Of a stretch of DNA of 64,000 nucleotides, positions 40,041 through 50,129 are shown in pieces. Under the pieces are notes generated by a model. It was not told where the DNA came from and did not search any database. It saw nothing but the letters and a program-made list of their open reading frames with translations. Both the position numbers and the translations under genes were made by a program. The DNA is from a virus (taxonomy: Duplodnaviria; Caudoviricetes). Numbering within the stretch: position 1 is the stretch's first letter; each line of letters opens with the position of its first letter. The stretch lies in the IMG/VR virus record IMGVR_UViG_3300037067_005519, positions 1 to 64,000 of that record; one strand, given 5' to 3'.

Positions 40041-40995
40041 TCATCGTGTGTACTCACCCCGCTCAAACCGTTCTATTGCGGACAGCAGCGGAAGATGCTT
40101 GGACTGGGCATTCGTCAGTATGCTGGCCAATTGGTTCTTGGTTCCTTCTTGCAAGGCTTGTTGGCCAAAGAGAATGTCCATCACGATAAGGGACTGAGTT
40201 TTGCCATCCTTGAATCCTAATCCTGCTGAATGACATCCGAATTTGGGAACACAAGGGTTATGAGCGTAGTACCAGGGATGGTCAGGGAAAAGGAGGCTGC
40301 CCACTGCCGCACACCAGGGCGCAATGATATTGCAATGGCCTGTGATACGATACCAATTTGGGCTGTCAGACTTAGGAGGCGATGCCTCTAGTAGATGCCA
40401 GTTGGGAGATTGCCGGCTGGAGAACCACCACGGTCCCAGATTACGGTCCCATGTTGTCTCTAATGTAGAGCATAGCACGTTCATTCCGGCATCTAGGGCA
40501 CGGAGAACGAGAGGATTGTTGGCGACAGCCAATACCCGACGCCATTGACGTTGGTCATCGAAGTCAAAGATTTGGATTTTCAAGGTTTTCTGCATGTCAG
40601 TTCATTTCTGCCTCGGTGGCCACGATCCGCATCCACGGCTTCTGTAGTAGTATCTCAAGGGCCTGGTCGCCTGGCAGATTGAGATCGACTCGTTCCCACA
40701 TGGACCCGCCATGCCGCGCCGAGGTCATCTTGGCAATCTGGTCGAAGGGCAGGATCAACTTTGTTCTCGGCGTGTGGCCCCGTAGCGTGAACCCATGCCA
40801 GTTGGAGCGGATGACCCGCTCTCGCTTGTCAAAGTAGGCGAAGCGATGCCTGGCCTCGTACAGGCCGTCCGGCCGACGCCAGATAGCAGCGATCCAGTTC
40901 ATGTTGGCAACGCCGGTAGCCTTCTGGTATTCAGCCGAGGGCTGATCTGCAAACCAGTGGGCGATGAAGAAGTTGTCGGGCGCGTAGACGATCAT
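40041..40995 (-). other. Two hypothetical proteins (40041-40595, 40597-40995)
   Basis: Abutting ORFs. Confidence 0.55.
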
Positions 40996-41027
40996 CCCGC
41001 TAGTCTAACTGGGGGACTGTCCTGTGT

Positions 41028-41273
41028 CTACTTCTTGCCGTTGAGCTTGGCAGGTAGCGTGCATGTCCATAAGCACAAAACCACCCCTGATCCAATGTAA
41101 GCCCACGGCTTCCAAGGCTCAGGCACGACGACCTTAGCGGTGGGCGTCACGATGCCAAACGTGCTGGTGTTCATGGACGCTTTTGGCCGGACAGTATAAC
41201 TGTCAACGGCATGGAGTGCCAATCCAAGAATGAGTAGGAAGGCCCCAATTCCGAGGGATACCGATTTAATCAT
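41028..41273 (-). CDS. Small two-TM membrane protein, similar architecture to 38402-38671
   Basis: LGIGAFLLILG...VD.Y.V...PEPWKPWAYIGSGVVLCLW. Confidence 0.7.
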   Translation of the reverse strand: MIKSVSLGIGAFLLILGLALHAVDSYTVRPKASMNTSTFGIVTPTAKVVVPEPWKPWAYIGSGVVLCLWTCTLPAKLNGKK

Positions 41274-41442
41274 GGATTTTCTCCCGCTGTATCTGCTCGT
41301 AGACCTCTTGGCGGTGTACGGGCACTTCTTTCGGTGCCTCGACTCCGAGTCTGACTTTATCGCCGCGAACGTCAACGACGGTCACTACGATGTTGTCGTT
41401 GATTATAATGCTCTCATTCCGTAGTCTGGATAAGACTAGCAT
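41266..41442 (-). CDS. csrA: Carbon storage regulator CsrA
   Basis: MLVLSR..NESIIINDNIVVTVVDVRGDKVRLGVEAPKEVPVHRQEVY. Confidence 0.97.
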   Translation of the reverse strand: MLVLSRLRNESIIINDNIVVTVVDVRGDKVRLGVEAPKEVPVHRQEVYEQIQREKIHD

Positions 41443-42431
41443 GGCAGGCTCCTTCCACAATTAGTATCGGCCCGGTGGCCTGGCGAAAATAAGTCGTCTA
41501 GGCAATTCCATCGGACGCCCGACACTTTCCTCAAGACAAGCATAGCACGCGGATTGGTGCCAGGCATCGGATTTCGGTCTTGATCCTTGGTGGCCGGCGT
41601 GATATTCTACGCGACCGGAAAGGAGGGTTCGATGGACCGACTTCTCGTGACGATCATGGAGGATTACTATGCCGGCGATTTCGCCTCAATGGCCACCAGG
41701 CTGCCTGGGAGCCGTTCCCTGGCGTGGGTGGTTGAGCCGGTGATATTAACCCTCCTGGCGGCGGGGGCTGTAGGTGGGCTTCTGGCTGGCTTTGGTGAGG
41801 CATTCTGGGCCGCCTGGCATGGACTTGCTGCCCTTGGGTTTCTGGGTGTAAAATGGCGTCGGCCAGCGATGGCCGCTAGTGAAGCATAGCGGGTCTTCCT
41901 GCCCCAAGACCTGCCTCGCGCGGGAAGGCCCTGGCCGTAAGGCTGGGGCCTTTCCATTTGGTTTGGGTGTGGTAGGATGATTCTGTTACGCGAGGCTGTA
42001 ATCAGCCTTCGGGAGGCCCTGGTTGGTAACGCACCAGGGCCTTCTTTCTGCGCAAAAGGAACCCCTAGTCGTGGCTTAAACGACTAGGGGTCAGATGCCG
42101 TAGACGCAGATTTATCAAGCCCGAATCGGGCAGGTCGTGACCATGCGTGACGGGCCGTCCCTGGCCCTGTTACGGGTCCAGGGCGGCACCCGTTCGCTGT
42201 GGCTCGACGACTCGGTGACAATGGTGGTCGTCCGGCATCGAGCATTGTTATCGGCTGGTTAGGGGCCTGCTCTTGACCGGCTGATTTGACTTGCTATTGT
42301 AAGCGGAATCAAGCGTGTTCGGTTAGAGGAAAACGCAACTCGTCGTTGCGTTGGAAACCCCGGCTCAAGCGGCCGGGGTTTCCTGTTGGGTTGTATTGCC
42401 ATGAGGCCAGCGGCGCGGTAGGATCACGGGC

Positions 42432-42502
42432 TGGCCGATGGTGTAGTGGCAACACAACGGACTTTGGTTCCGTTATCCCAGGTTCGAGTCCTGGTCGGCC
42501 AG
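42432..42502 (+). tRNA. tRNA-Gln(TTG)
   Basis: Acceptor TGGCCGA/TCGGCCA; anticodon arm ACGGA-CTTTGGT-TCCGT; T-arm CCAGG TTCGAGT CCTGG. Confidence 0.92.
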
Positions 42503-42779
42503 CTTCGCTTTAGGAGACGACGGTTGTGAGCATGAAAACTCGACGGCTATCGACGGCAGAAACGGGGATTTTAGGAGCGCTTGGGAGCTTGGGTAAGATA
42601 GAGAATATCGCTCTAAGTCCTTGACAAGGCTCGTATTTACGAGGATAATGAGGTTATTCGAGGAAACCAAGAAAAGATTTTGGTTCCTTTTGATTAAAGT
42701 TCCAAACCCTTTGTTGCCGAAGACTTAGGACGACACATGGATTTTGCGACGGTCATTTCGACGGTGATTTTTGCCTGTG

Positions 42780-42865
42780 GTACTGTCGGCGTACTGTCGG
42801 CCGTCGAGTCGTTGTACTGTCGGATTTAGCCCGGCCTTGCTACTGCCGTCGCATCCGTACTGTCG
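42780..42865 (+). repeat. GTACTGTCG direct repeats (candidate integrase arm-type sites)
   Basis: Four copies at about 42780, 42791, 42814 and 42857, just upstream of the integrase; CGACGG repeats at about 42517-42558 and 42747-42766. Confidence 0.6.
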
Positions 42866-42888
42866 TCCACCACACCACGGGAGCTAAA

Positions 42889-44349
42889 ATGTCCACGTTG
42901 CAAGCATCGCCACAGCCACCAGAAAAGCCCACACCTGACTTTCCTCTATTCGCGCACGGGAACGGGCAATGGGCCAAGTGTATAGGCCCACGGGGTAAAC
43001 AGAAGACAATCTACTTCGGTCCTTGGGACGATCCGCAAGGAGCCTTAACCAAGTATCGGCAATACGTCGTCGATGAGGCCAACAAGCCCAAGCCCAGGTC
43101 GCAACAGAAGAAGCCCAAACCGCCCACCAAAGACTTCCCCCTCTATGCTCACCGCAACGGCCAGTGGGCCAAGACGGTCAAGAACAAGGACTACTATTTT
43201 GGACCTTGGGACGACCCGACCGGGGCCTTGAATCGGTGGCTCGATCAGAAGGATCACTTGCTCGCTGGCAAGCCACGAGTGCTACCGGCGGCGACCTACA
43301 CCTTGGGGGAGATTTGCCGGCGCTTCCTCAACTCGAAACGGTCAAAAATGGCCACCGGGGAATTGACATTTGGAACGGTCGATGGATACCAACGGGAATG
43401 CGATCGACTGCTCGCTCACTTTGGCGAAGACAAGATCGGTGATGAGTTGACGCCGTTCGACTTCGAGGGATACCGGCAGTCGCTATGCAGGAGCCGGGTA
43501 CAGGAAGGACGGAAGGGCAGAGCGTCGGTGGGCAAGCCTCTGGGTCCACACGCCATGACCAACGCGATCATGGCTATTCGGACCCTACTAAAGTATGCCT
43601 ACAAGCAGGACATGCTCTGCCGCCCGGCGAAGTTCGGCGACGGGTTTGACAAGCCCTCCTCAAGGGTGATGAGGGAAGCTCGGAACAATCGACCGAGAAA
43701 GCTGTTCACGCCGGCCGACATCAAGGAAATGCTCCGCGAGGCCAAGCAGCCTCTCAAGTCGATGATCCTCCTCGGGATCAATTGTGGCTTTGGAAATACC
43801 GACTGCGCCAAGATGGAGTTTCGACACCTTGATCTTCCCAAGCAGTGGGTTGACTACCCCCGTCCGAAGACTGGTGTGATTCGATGGTCGCCGTTGTGGC
43901 CCGAAACTTGTGCTGCGCTGCACGAGTGGATCAAGATGCGTCCTGAACCACGATATGCTGACTGCGAGAATCGAGTCTTCCTTACGCTGAAAAAGCATAC
44001 GCCCTGGGAGAACGCCAAGGGTTATTGTCCTGTTGGCAACGCGATGGCCAAGGTGATTCGCACCATCGGCATTGACCAGTTCGGCATTGGGTTCTATGCC
44101 CTGCGGCACACGTTCTTCACGATTGCTGAGGGATGCCGGGATCAGAAGGCCGTCGAATTCATCATGGGGCACGCGCCTGATTCACGCGATATGTCGCCCC
44201 ACTACCGAGAGGAGTTTACGCGGGAACGGCTAATGGCTGTGACGCAGTGCGTTCACGATTGGCTATACGCTCGGCCGGCGTCTCCACCCGTCGTCGTGGC
44301 CGCCCCAGTGGTGTTGGAACTGCTGCCCGATTCGACCGCCGTTGCATGA
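42889..44349 (+). CDS. Tyrosine integrase, Planctomycete type, with duplicated N-terminal arm-binding domain
   Basis: Two copies of FPL.AH.NGQWAK...YFGPWDDP.GAL; LLGINCGFGNTDC, RPKTG, YALRHTF, IMGH, HY. Confidence 0.92.
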   Translation: MSTLQASPQPPEKPTPDFPLFAHGNGQWAKCIGPRGKQKTIYFGPWDDPQGALTKYRQYVVDEANKPKPRSQQKKPKPPTKDFPLYAHRNGQWAKTVKNKDYYFGPWDDPTGALNRWLDQKDHLLAGKPRVLPAATYTLGEICRRFLNSKRSKMATGELTFGTVDGYQRECDRLLAHFGEDKIGDELTPFDFEGYRQSLCRSRVQEGRKGRASVGKPLGPHAMTNAIMAIRTLLKYAYKQDMLCRPAKFGDGFDKPSSRVMREARNNRPRKLFTPADIKEMLREAKQPLKSMILLGINCGFGNTDCAKMEFRHLDLPKQWVDYPRPKTGVIRWSPLWPETCAALHEWIKMRPEPRYADCENRVFLTLKKHTPWENAKGYCPVGNAMAKVIRTIGIDQFGIGFYALRHTFFTIAEGCRDQKAVEFIMGHAPDSRDMSPHYREEFTRERLMAVTQCVHDWLYARPASPPVVVAAPVVLELLPDSTAVA

Positions 44350-44518
44350 AGTCTTTGAGGTCTTCTGGCGTTACGCGGTAACTGGGCCGTGGACCATTGC
44401 TGGTGTCCACGGCCTTCAATTCGCCAGCGTAAATCCAGTCGAGCACGGTCATGCGCCGAACGTGCAGGTACTTGGCGACCTGCGGCGGCGTAAGCGTCGT
44501 ATCAAGTTCCGTTGCCAT
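44216..44518 (-). CDS. Excisionase-like HTH (HTH_17/MerR type)
   Basis: LTPPQVAKYLHV...VLDWIYAGELKA...YRVTPEDLKDF; convergent on and overlapping the integrase 3' end. Confidence 0.8.
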   Translation of the reverse strand: MATELDTTLTPPQVAKYLHVRRMTVLDWIYAGELKAVDTSNGPRPSYRVTPEDLKDFMQRRSNRAAVPTPLGRPRRRVETPAERIANRERTASQPLAVPA

Positions 44519-44872
44519 CGCAGTTCTCCTTCAAGTAGTCGAGCATCAGTTTTAAGTGGCGTGGCCGCAAGTGAAGGTTGTGGTAAACGAGACAGCCGCG
44601 AACGGCAGCCATGCTGCTCTTGGACGCCCAAGTCCCATCTAGCATCAGTCGTTCCCAGGAGCCATTGTGGAATCGAAGAACTTTCTCGAAATGTGGCGCG
44701 AATTCCTTGCAGTCGAAAGCCGCCGGGTGTGCTTTGGCTTCGTCTAGTAGCCGATCAACGCAGGAATAGTGGCGGTGCATGTTCTCGATCGCATAGGGAC
44801 CGGAGTAGAAGGATGTTTTGCCGTCCTCTCTGACTTCCCAATTGCCTTCGATGTTTCTGATTTGGATCATGT

Positions 44873-45832
44873 TCATCCTGTTGGAGCTAGTACGTTGTAG
44901 GTTGGAATTACTCTGCCGAGATCGGCCGTTCCCCGGACGTGGGCCGGCACCCAGAAGGTTCCGTAGATTCCTCGGCCAAAGAGACCTTTGCTTACGCCGT
45001 CGTTGACGCTGTGCATGAAGTGTCCACGGCAGATATGCAGCGCTTTACCGGATCGGTCGCCTTCCGTCTTGCGGTCGCTTGATTGTGTTTTATTGCCGAT
45101 GTTTGGGTCAATGAGCAACGTATGGTATTGTAGCTCAGGGACTCGTTGTCGCCGGCACCATTTGCGCGGCTGCCCCTCCTGCTTTGTCACATCGACCCGC
45201 TCGACATTCTTGCATTGCATGAACGCCAAAGTCGTTATGATTTGCGCCCAACAGCTTCCGAACTGACCTGTGGTGTACTTGTCACTAATGTACCCGTGAC
45301 TCGCCGCCGAGCCAGATATGAATCGGCCCTCTTCGTCAAGAAGAATGGTTAGCACGCAGACTGGCAGGCTTCTTCCGTCCAGATCGCAGATGTATAGGAT
45401 TCCTACGAGAAGCCATTTTGCCGTCGCGCTGATGGCTTTAAGTACAGGATCGTCCTTTGCCCATGTGTTCATTGATTCCTTACTTGTGGTGGCACAGAGC
45501 AGACAGCCGATTTGTTTGGTGCCTTGTTCCTCGATCGTGTCGCCATGTGGATAGAATATCTCTGGTTGGTTCCATTCGATGAAGCAACGACCAAAGGCAG
45601 GCGGGCAGGGTGGGTAGGTCGTTAGGTCAATGGTCGATTTGCCAGATATTCTAAATGACTCGTTCACGTAGTCCGAGACGTTATCTGCAATGATGATTGG
45701 CACTCCGTTAGCTATTTCTTCGGCGCACTCTTGATGCAATTTCGTTACAAGTGCAAATTGCCTCGGGTCATAGACCTCACGGTCCAGAGGCAAGAACCGT
45801 TGAATCAGTATGCGGTGAGCCAGGCGAAGCAT
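44873..45832 (-). CDS. Conserved hypothetical protein
   Basis: C-terminal LHICRGHF...FWVPAHVRG motif. Confidence 0.7.
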   Translation of the reverse strand: MLRLAHRILIQRFLPLDREVYDPRQFALVTKLHQECAEEIANGVPIIIADNVSDYVNESFRISGKSTIDLTTYPPCPPAFGRCFIEWNQPEIFYPHGDTIEEQGTKQIGCLLCATTSKESMNTWAKDDPVLKAISATAKWLLVGILYICDLDGRSLPVCVLTILLDEEGRFISGSAASHGYISDKYTTGQFGSCWAQIITTLAFMQCKNVERVDVTKQEGQPRKWCRRQRVPELQYHTLLIDPNIGNKTQSSDRKTEGDRSGKALHICRGHFMHSVNDGVSKGLFGRGIYGTFWVPAHVRGTADLGRVIPTYNVLAPTG

Positions 45833-45841
45833 GATTGTTCC

Positions 45842-46273
45842 TCAGTTTGGGTTGCAGCAATACGCCACGTAAGCATTCGCGCACGACTCGCTACAGCAAG
45901 TCTGGCCGTCATAACACGGATCGCCGCAGTTCGGGCACATGCCCGTGGGTTCAGGCGCACCTTCCTCCCACGGCACGTACTCGCCCTTGCCCTTCGACGG
46001 GAATTGGGCGGCCGTGGGGTCAATGATCTTGCCATCCAGGGTCAACCACCAATGGGCACGTTCGCCCCAAGCCCAATCGTAGTAGTGGCCGCGCACGCGG
46101 GCAAGCTCAGGGAAGTCCTCGGCCATCTGGCGCGTGACTTCCTTGCACGTTCCGTAGGCTTCTTCGACGTTCTCGGCTATCCAGTCAGCGTACTTGCGGT
46201 CAATACCGAGGGCCTCGGCGTTGGCCTCGGCTAGGATGTCATCGAGTGCTTGCATATCCCGTTCCCAACTCAT
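45842..46273 (-). CDS. Hypothetical protein with C...HWW...DPT (papain/transglutaminase-like) pattern
   Basis: GTC...RVRG...HWWL...IIDPTAAQF plus C-terminal Cys cluster. Confidence 0.55.
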   Translation of the reverse strand: MSWERDMQALDDILAEANAEALGIDRKYADWIAENVEEAYGTCKEVTRQMAEDFPELARVRGHYYDWAWGERAHWWLTLDGKIIDPTAAQFPSKGKGEYVPWEEGAPEPTGMCPNCGDPCYDGQTCCSESCANAYVAYCCNPN

Positions 46274-46686
46274 TTCATCCTCAACGTGCAGAGTTCCGAC
46301 CTAGCGAATTCCAGTTGGCGCAAGGCTTGTTCAGTTGTCTTCCACGCTCTGGAAGTGACTGCTACTGCTGGGAGAATCTCTGTGCCGACCAGTCACAACT
46401 CTTCTCGAATCTGACAGCCTCACGTTCACCGCCTGGGTAATAAACCCTAACATCGAAGTCGCCTCGGTGTTCGCGGCAGAAGACATCCTCCAAATCCGAT
46501 CTTGCCTCGGAGACTTTCTTGTGGGCATTGAAGAGCCGCCTTACTAGCTTGTGGCTCTTGCCGAGGAACTGTAAGTCAATGCCAAGATACATGGTCTGGT
46601 AGTAGAGCTTGTGTAACCGTTCCGCTAACGAGTGGTGCTGTTCGGTTGTTAGTGGAGTCTTCTTCATTGTTTGATCTCCTGTGTAA

Positions 46687-47265
46687 CTAGAAGGCTGGCT
46701 CGCCTACGGGTGTGTGATCGCAAAGGAACGGGGACTTAGCCAGGTCAGCGAAGAGTGTGCTGGCGAAGCTCATTTTGCCAACACATGCTTTCGCACTCTG
46801 AATCGTGAAGTTGCAGTCGAGCTTCGATTTTGGCGGCGGGTCTTTCCAATTCAAGATTGTTAGGCCGCCGATTCGCCCTTCCCAATGCTCGCGGTCGGGA
46901 TTATTGCGGCTGCACCACGACTGCTCGTAAAGTACCACCCCGACGCATTCGGTCCTGCATGGCGAGACGATCGACACGGCTTCCACAATCGCGTTGATTG
47001 TCGTGCCCGTATCTATGAAATCGTCCAGGATCACGTACTTGCCCGCTACACCACCTTCCATTCGCCGGCCGCTATGTGCCGTGTCACCAGGCTTGCGAAC
47101 AAGTGCCCACGGCTTCCTCAATTGGAGGGCTACAGTGGGACCAACCACTGCACCTGAAAAGCCTCTAAATACTAGAGTGTCGAACTCTATCTCTTTGAGA
47201 CAGTCAACGGCATAATCAACAACATGCTTGAATTCGCCTGGCGCATTGAAGGGACTGCCATACAT
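46687..47265 (-). CDS. Type I phosphoribosyltransferase-like protein
   Basis: RGFSG, VRK, PRPP-binding loop YVILDDFIDTGTT. Confidence 0.85.
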   Translation of the reverse strand: MYGSPFNAPGEFKHVVDYAVDCLKEIEFDTLVFRGFSGAVVGPTVALQLRKPWALVRKPGDTAHSGRRMEGGVAGKYVILDDFIDTGTTINAIVEAVSIVSPCRTECVGVVLYEQSWCSRNNPDREHWEGRIGGLTILNWKDPPPKSKLDCNFTIQSAKACVGKMSFASTLFADLAKSPFLCDHTPVGEPAF

Positions 47266-47540
47266 GATGTTTCCTTTTCGGCTGCTTACAGTGATGTCAT
47301 CGGAAAGCAGATTGGAGAAACTTTGACGGCCACAGAAAGTTTCCGGTTAAGGTAAGATTTCCGGTTGGGGCAGACTTTCCGGTTATACGCTTCTGAGCCA
47401 TCGCCAAAGGCGATCCGGCCATGACCGTCTCAACTTGGGACACTCCTTCACCTGGTTCATGCAGCAGGAAATGAAGCTGCCGCACGATTGGCAACAGGGT
47501 TTCGTTGGTCCAAACCACTTGCAGATTAAGTCACGCATCA

Positions 47541-47945
47541 TCAAGCTCCTTGGGCGTAGTTGAATTGTCGAATCATCGAATCGACTTGGCGTTGCAGACC
47601 ACGATGGTTCCGCGCCGCGCCTCGTCGCCATTTGTCGTAATGTGCGAATTCGTGCGCGAGACTATCAAGAATCTCGTCACGAGCCTCTTGCCGGTTCTTG
47701 ACCTTGCCCTCTTCGCGCCAGTAGTACCACCAAGTTGCTACCCAAATGCACGGTTTTCCATTCCGTAAACCAAAGCAGGCTGCGGCCAATCCGGTACTCG
47801 TTTTAAGGGAGCCGGCGGCACGCAGCCTGATGGTGATTTGATGATCCACGCCGACGTTCTCCAAAAACCAATTGGAGAAGTCCACGGTCAAGTGCTTGAC
47901 CCATAACGCTACTTCTGGATCGTGGTATGTTCGGAAGGCTCTCAT
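47541..47945 (-). CDS. Small zincin-like (HExxH) protein
   Basis: LAHEFAHY...H. Confidence 0.55.
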   Translation of the reverse strand: MRAFRTYHDPEVALWVKHLTVDFSNWFLENVGVDHQITIRLRAAGSLKTSTGLAAACFGLRNGKPCIWVATWWYYWREEGKVKNRQEARDEILDSLAHEFAHYDKWRRGAARNHRGLQRQVDSMIRQFNYAQGA

Positions 47946-48617
47946 TTGCGTTCCAGAGCAAGAATGCGAGTTGTCATGGTTGACGGTACGCGGGAGATAA
48001 TTGGCGTTTCGGCCGCCAGCCACGGTCCCATAGGGTCCATGATGAGCGCTCGACGGCGAGCCTCGTCAGGAGATTCGGCGATTACAGCAGCACAACGGCC
48101 GCCGGCAATCAACTGAAAGACGTATTTGGTGTCTGGCATAATAGAGTGTGGCGGGCCGGGTTCCGGCAATGATCGGTGCCGAACCTAAGCTCCGGTGCAG
48201 TCAGTCACCGCCCGGCCCAGAGAGATTGTAAACCGATCAGGTCGCTGGCAGGCGATTACCCCGATCGGCCGACTGTTCCTACCGCTGCCACGTTGCCACA
48301 CTCTTCAAGCGGCCACGGCTTACCCTTATGGGCAACCGAGGACCGAACCCACTGTTGATCTTCATCATTCAGACGCAGGTAGCCGAAGGCCGCAAATCCT
48401 TGCCATCCGTCCACATCGTATGAGCCGCCGGCTTGGTCATCCATCAGGGCAGCGATCGTGTCTCGGATCATTACCCGGCGGGTATTGCGGTCGAATTGTT
48501 CCCACGTCTGGTATAACCAATCCAAGCAAGCGCCAACGATGTAGCTTCGCCTTCCCAGGCAATACCGATGGGCAGCCGTAGCCATCAACTGATCGTTTAA
48601 GCCTTTAAGTTTCATAG

Positions 48618-48751
48618 AGACAGTCCCAGGGATCGAACCTGGCTAGAGGTCGCGTTGCCTCCTTTGGCTCCTACGGCAACGGATGCCTTGCAAGGGTTTC
48701 CGTCCCTCAGCGACATAGCGCTATTGGCTGAGGTTTGCCGGCCTGACTGCC
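48618..48751 (-). ncRNA. Non-canonical tRNA-like RNA (134 nt) downstream of tRNA-Ser
   Basis: Acceptor GGCAGTC/GACTGTC plus T discriminator; T-arm CCAGG TTCGATC CCTGG; the middle ~100 nt forms several hairpins instead of D and anticodon arms. Confidence 0.7.
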
Positions 48752-48760
48752 ATACTCAAG

Positions 48761-48849
48761 CGGAAGGGGAGGGAATCGAACTCTCACGCCCAGTGAAGAG
48801 CGCTCGCTTTAGCAAAGCGGCCCGGCCAACCAATATCCGGCTCCCTTCC
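48761..48849 (-). tRNA. tRNA-Ser(GCT)
   Basis: Acceptor GGAAGGG/CCCTTCC, G73; anticodon loop TTGCTAA; long variable arm; TTCGATT T-loop. Confidence 0.9.
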
Positions 48850-48853
48850 AAAT

Positions 48854-49279
48854 TCATTCTGCGAAGATGCCACACGCATACCAGACGCCGTTGTCGCTCA
48901 AGACCATTGCATAGCCGTAGTACCGGCATGAGCCATCTACTGCACTCCAGTGGCCCTTTGATTTCTTCCAGGACTTATACATCTCCTTCGCTGCCGCCAC
49001 CTGGTCCTGCTTCGGCCAACTTTCGTTGACGACTTCGGAGAAGGTGTGGCATTCAGGAATCTGGGGCCTCATCCGAGGATAGCGAATCTCGTCCCACCAG
49101 AAGTGCCCCTGACGGTGAATCTTGGCTTGGTAGGCGGCTTGAGCCTCAGCCTCGGCTTGTAAGACCGGATGTGGCTTCCCGGTCATTATGCTTCGGACGG
49201 TCAACGCACGGCCCACCGCTACAAGTTGTTCGTTCGGTGAGAGTGCCGCGAGTGTTAAAAGCAAGACAAGGATTTTCAT
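48854..49279 (-). CDS. CAP/SCP-domain secreted protein
   Basis: Signal peptide; QGH...SEVVNESW...SWKKSKGHW...YGYAM...WYACGIF. Confidence 0.75.
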   Translation of the reverse strand: MKILVLLLTLAALSPNEQLVAVGRALTVRSIMTGKPHPVLQAEAEAQAAYQAKIHRQGHFWWDEIRYPRMRPQIPECHTFSEVVNESWPKQDQVAAAKEMYKSWKKSKGHWSAVDGSCRYYGYAMVLSDNGVWYACGIFAE

Positions 49280-49712
49280 AGTGTTCGTTCCAGGGATTTG
49301 GGACGGGATTGGCTACAGCACCATTATTGTGAATGTCAGCCCAACTCCACGGCTGAGTGCCTTCAACATGCAGGTGGAAGTTGATCTCACCTTCGGGCAA
49401 TTCAGGATGTGCCGTTGCTCGAAGGATTTGCTGGATTGCCTCAGCAATCTCGCGCTTCTGTCGGGTTGAGAACATTTGAGTTCCTCTTAAATGCAAAGAT
49501 CAGAGACTCAACATTGGTGGTGTGAATGAAGCAACTCCGGCCATCACAGGCGCAACCGAAGTTGGTTAGACCTCGTTTGACTGCGGCCTCGATCTTGTTC
49601 CTGGCCTCCAGTCGCAAGGCTCCGCATTGGGCGTCGGTTGGGCAGGGATGCCCAAATTCGGCAGCGAACTCTCGCAACTCGTCATCGCTGTACTCGTAGT
49701 TGAAGACGATTT

Positions 49713-50123
49713 TCACAGTTCGACCGGGCTGAGTCCTCGCCTAACAAGCGCCTCTATCCCCGGCATTAACGGTGATGGGAGTTTATCCCAGGGGAACCAG
49801 TCCCACCGTTCGCACTTCTCTGGCTCCAGGTTTATGGCGTCCTGCCCGGTTGGATGGTCTGCCACCATGAAGATCGTCACGTAATGTTTGTTCTCAGTCC
49901 AGAACACCACATTCTCGACGGTCCAAAGTGTGGCGGACACCAGGCGGATACCAGTCTCCTCGGCTGTCTCGCGGATTACGCAATGCTCGAAGGACTCGCC
50001 GCCCTCCAGATGCCCACCTGGAAAGCCCCACATGCCTGGTGCATGACGGCCTTGGCGCAGGCCCAGGAGCACATGGTCATCGCAACGAATGGCAACACCG
50101 ATTCCAACCTTGGGTCGTTTCAT
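49713..50123 (-). CDS. Nudix hydrolase (NUDT15/MutT-like)
   Basis: Nudix box PGGHLEGGESFEHCVIRETAEETG; NLEPEKCERWDW. Confidence 0.93.
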   Translation of the reverse strand: MKRPKVGIGVAIRCDDHVLLGLRQGRHAPGMWGFPGGHLEGGESFEHCVIRETAEETGIRLVSATLWTVENVVFWTENKHYVTIFMVADHPTGQDAINLEPEKCERWDWFPWDKLPSPLMPGIEALVRRGLSPVEL

Positions 50124-50129
50124 GGATAA

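Noticed and set aside
41587-41889. ORF 41587-41889 as a membrane protein gene
   Set aside because: Plausible hydrophobic stretch, but weak start and no recognisable family; insufficient support
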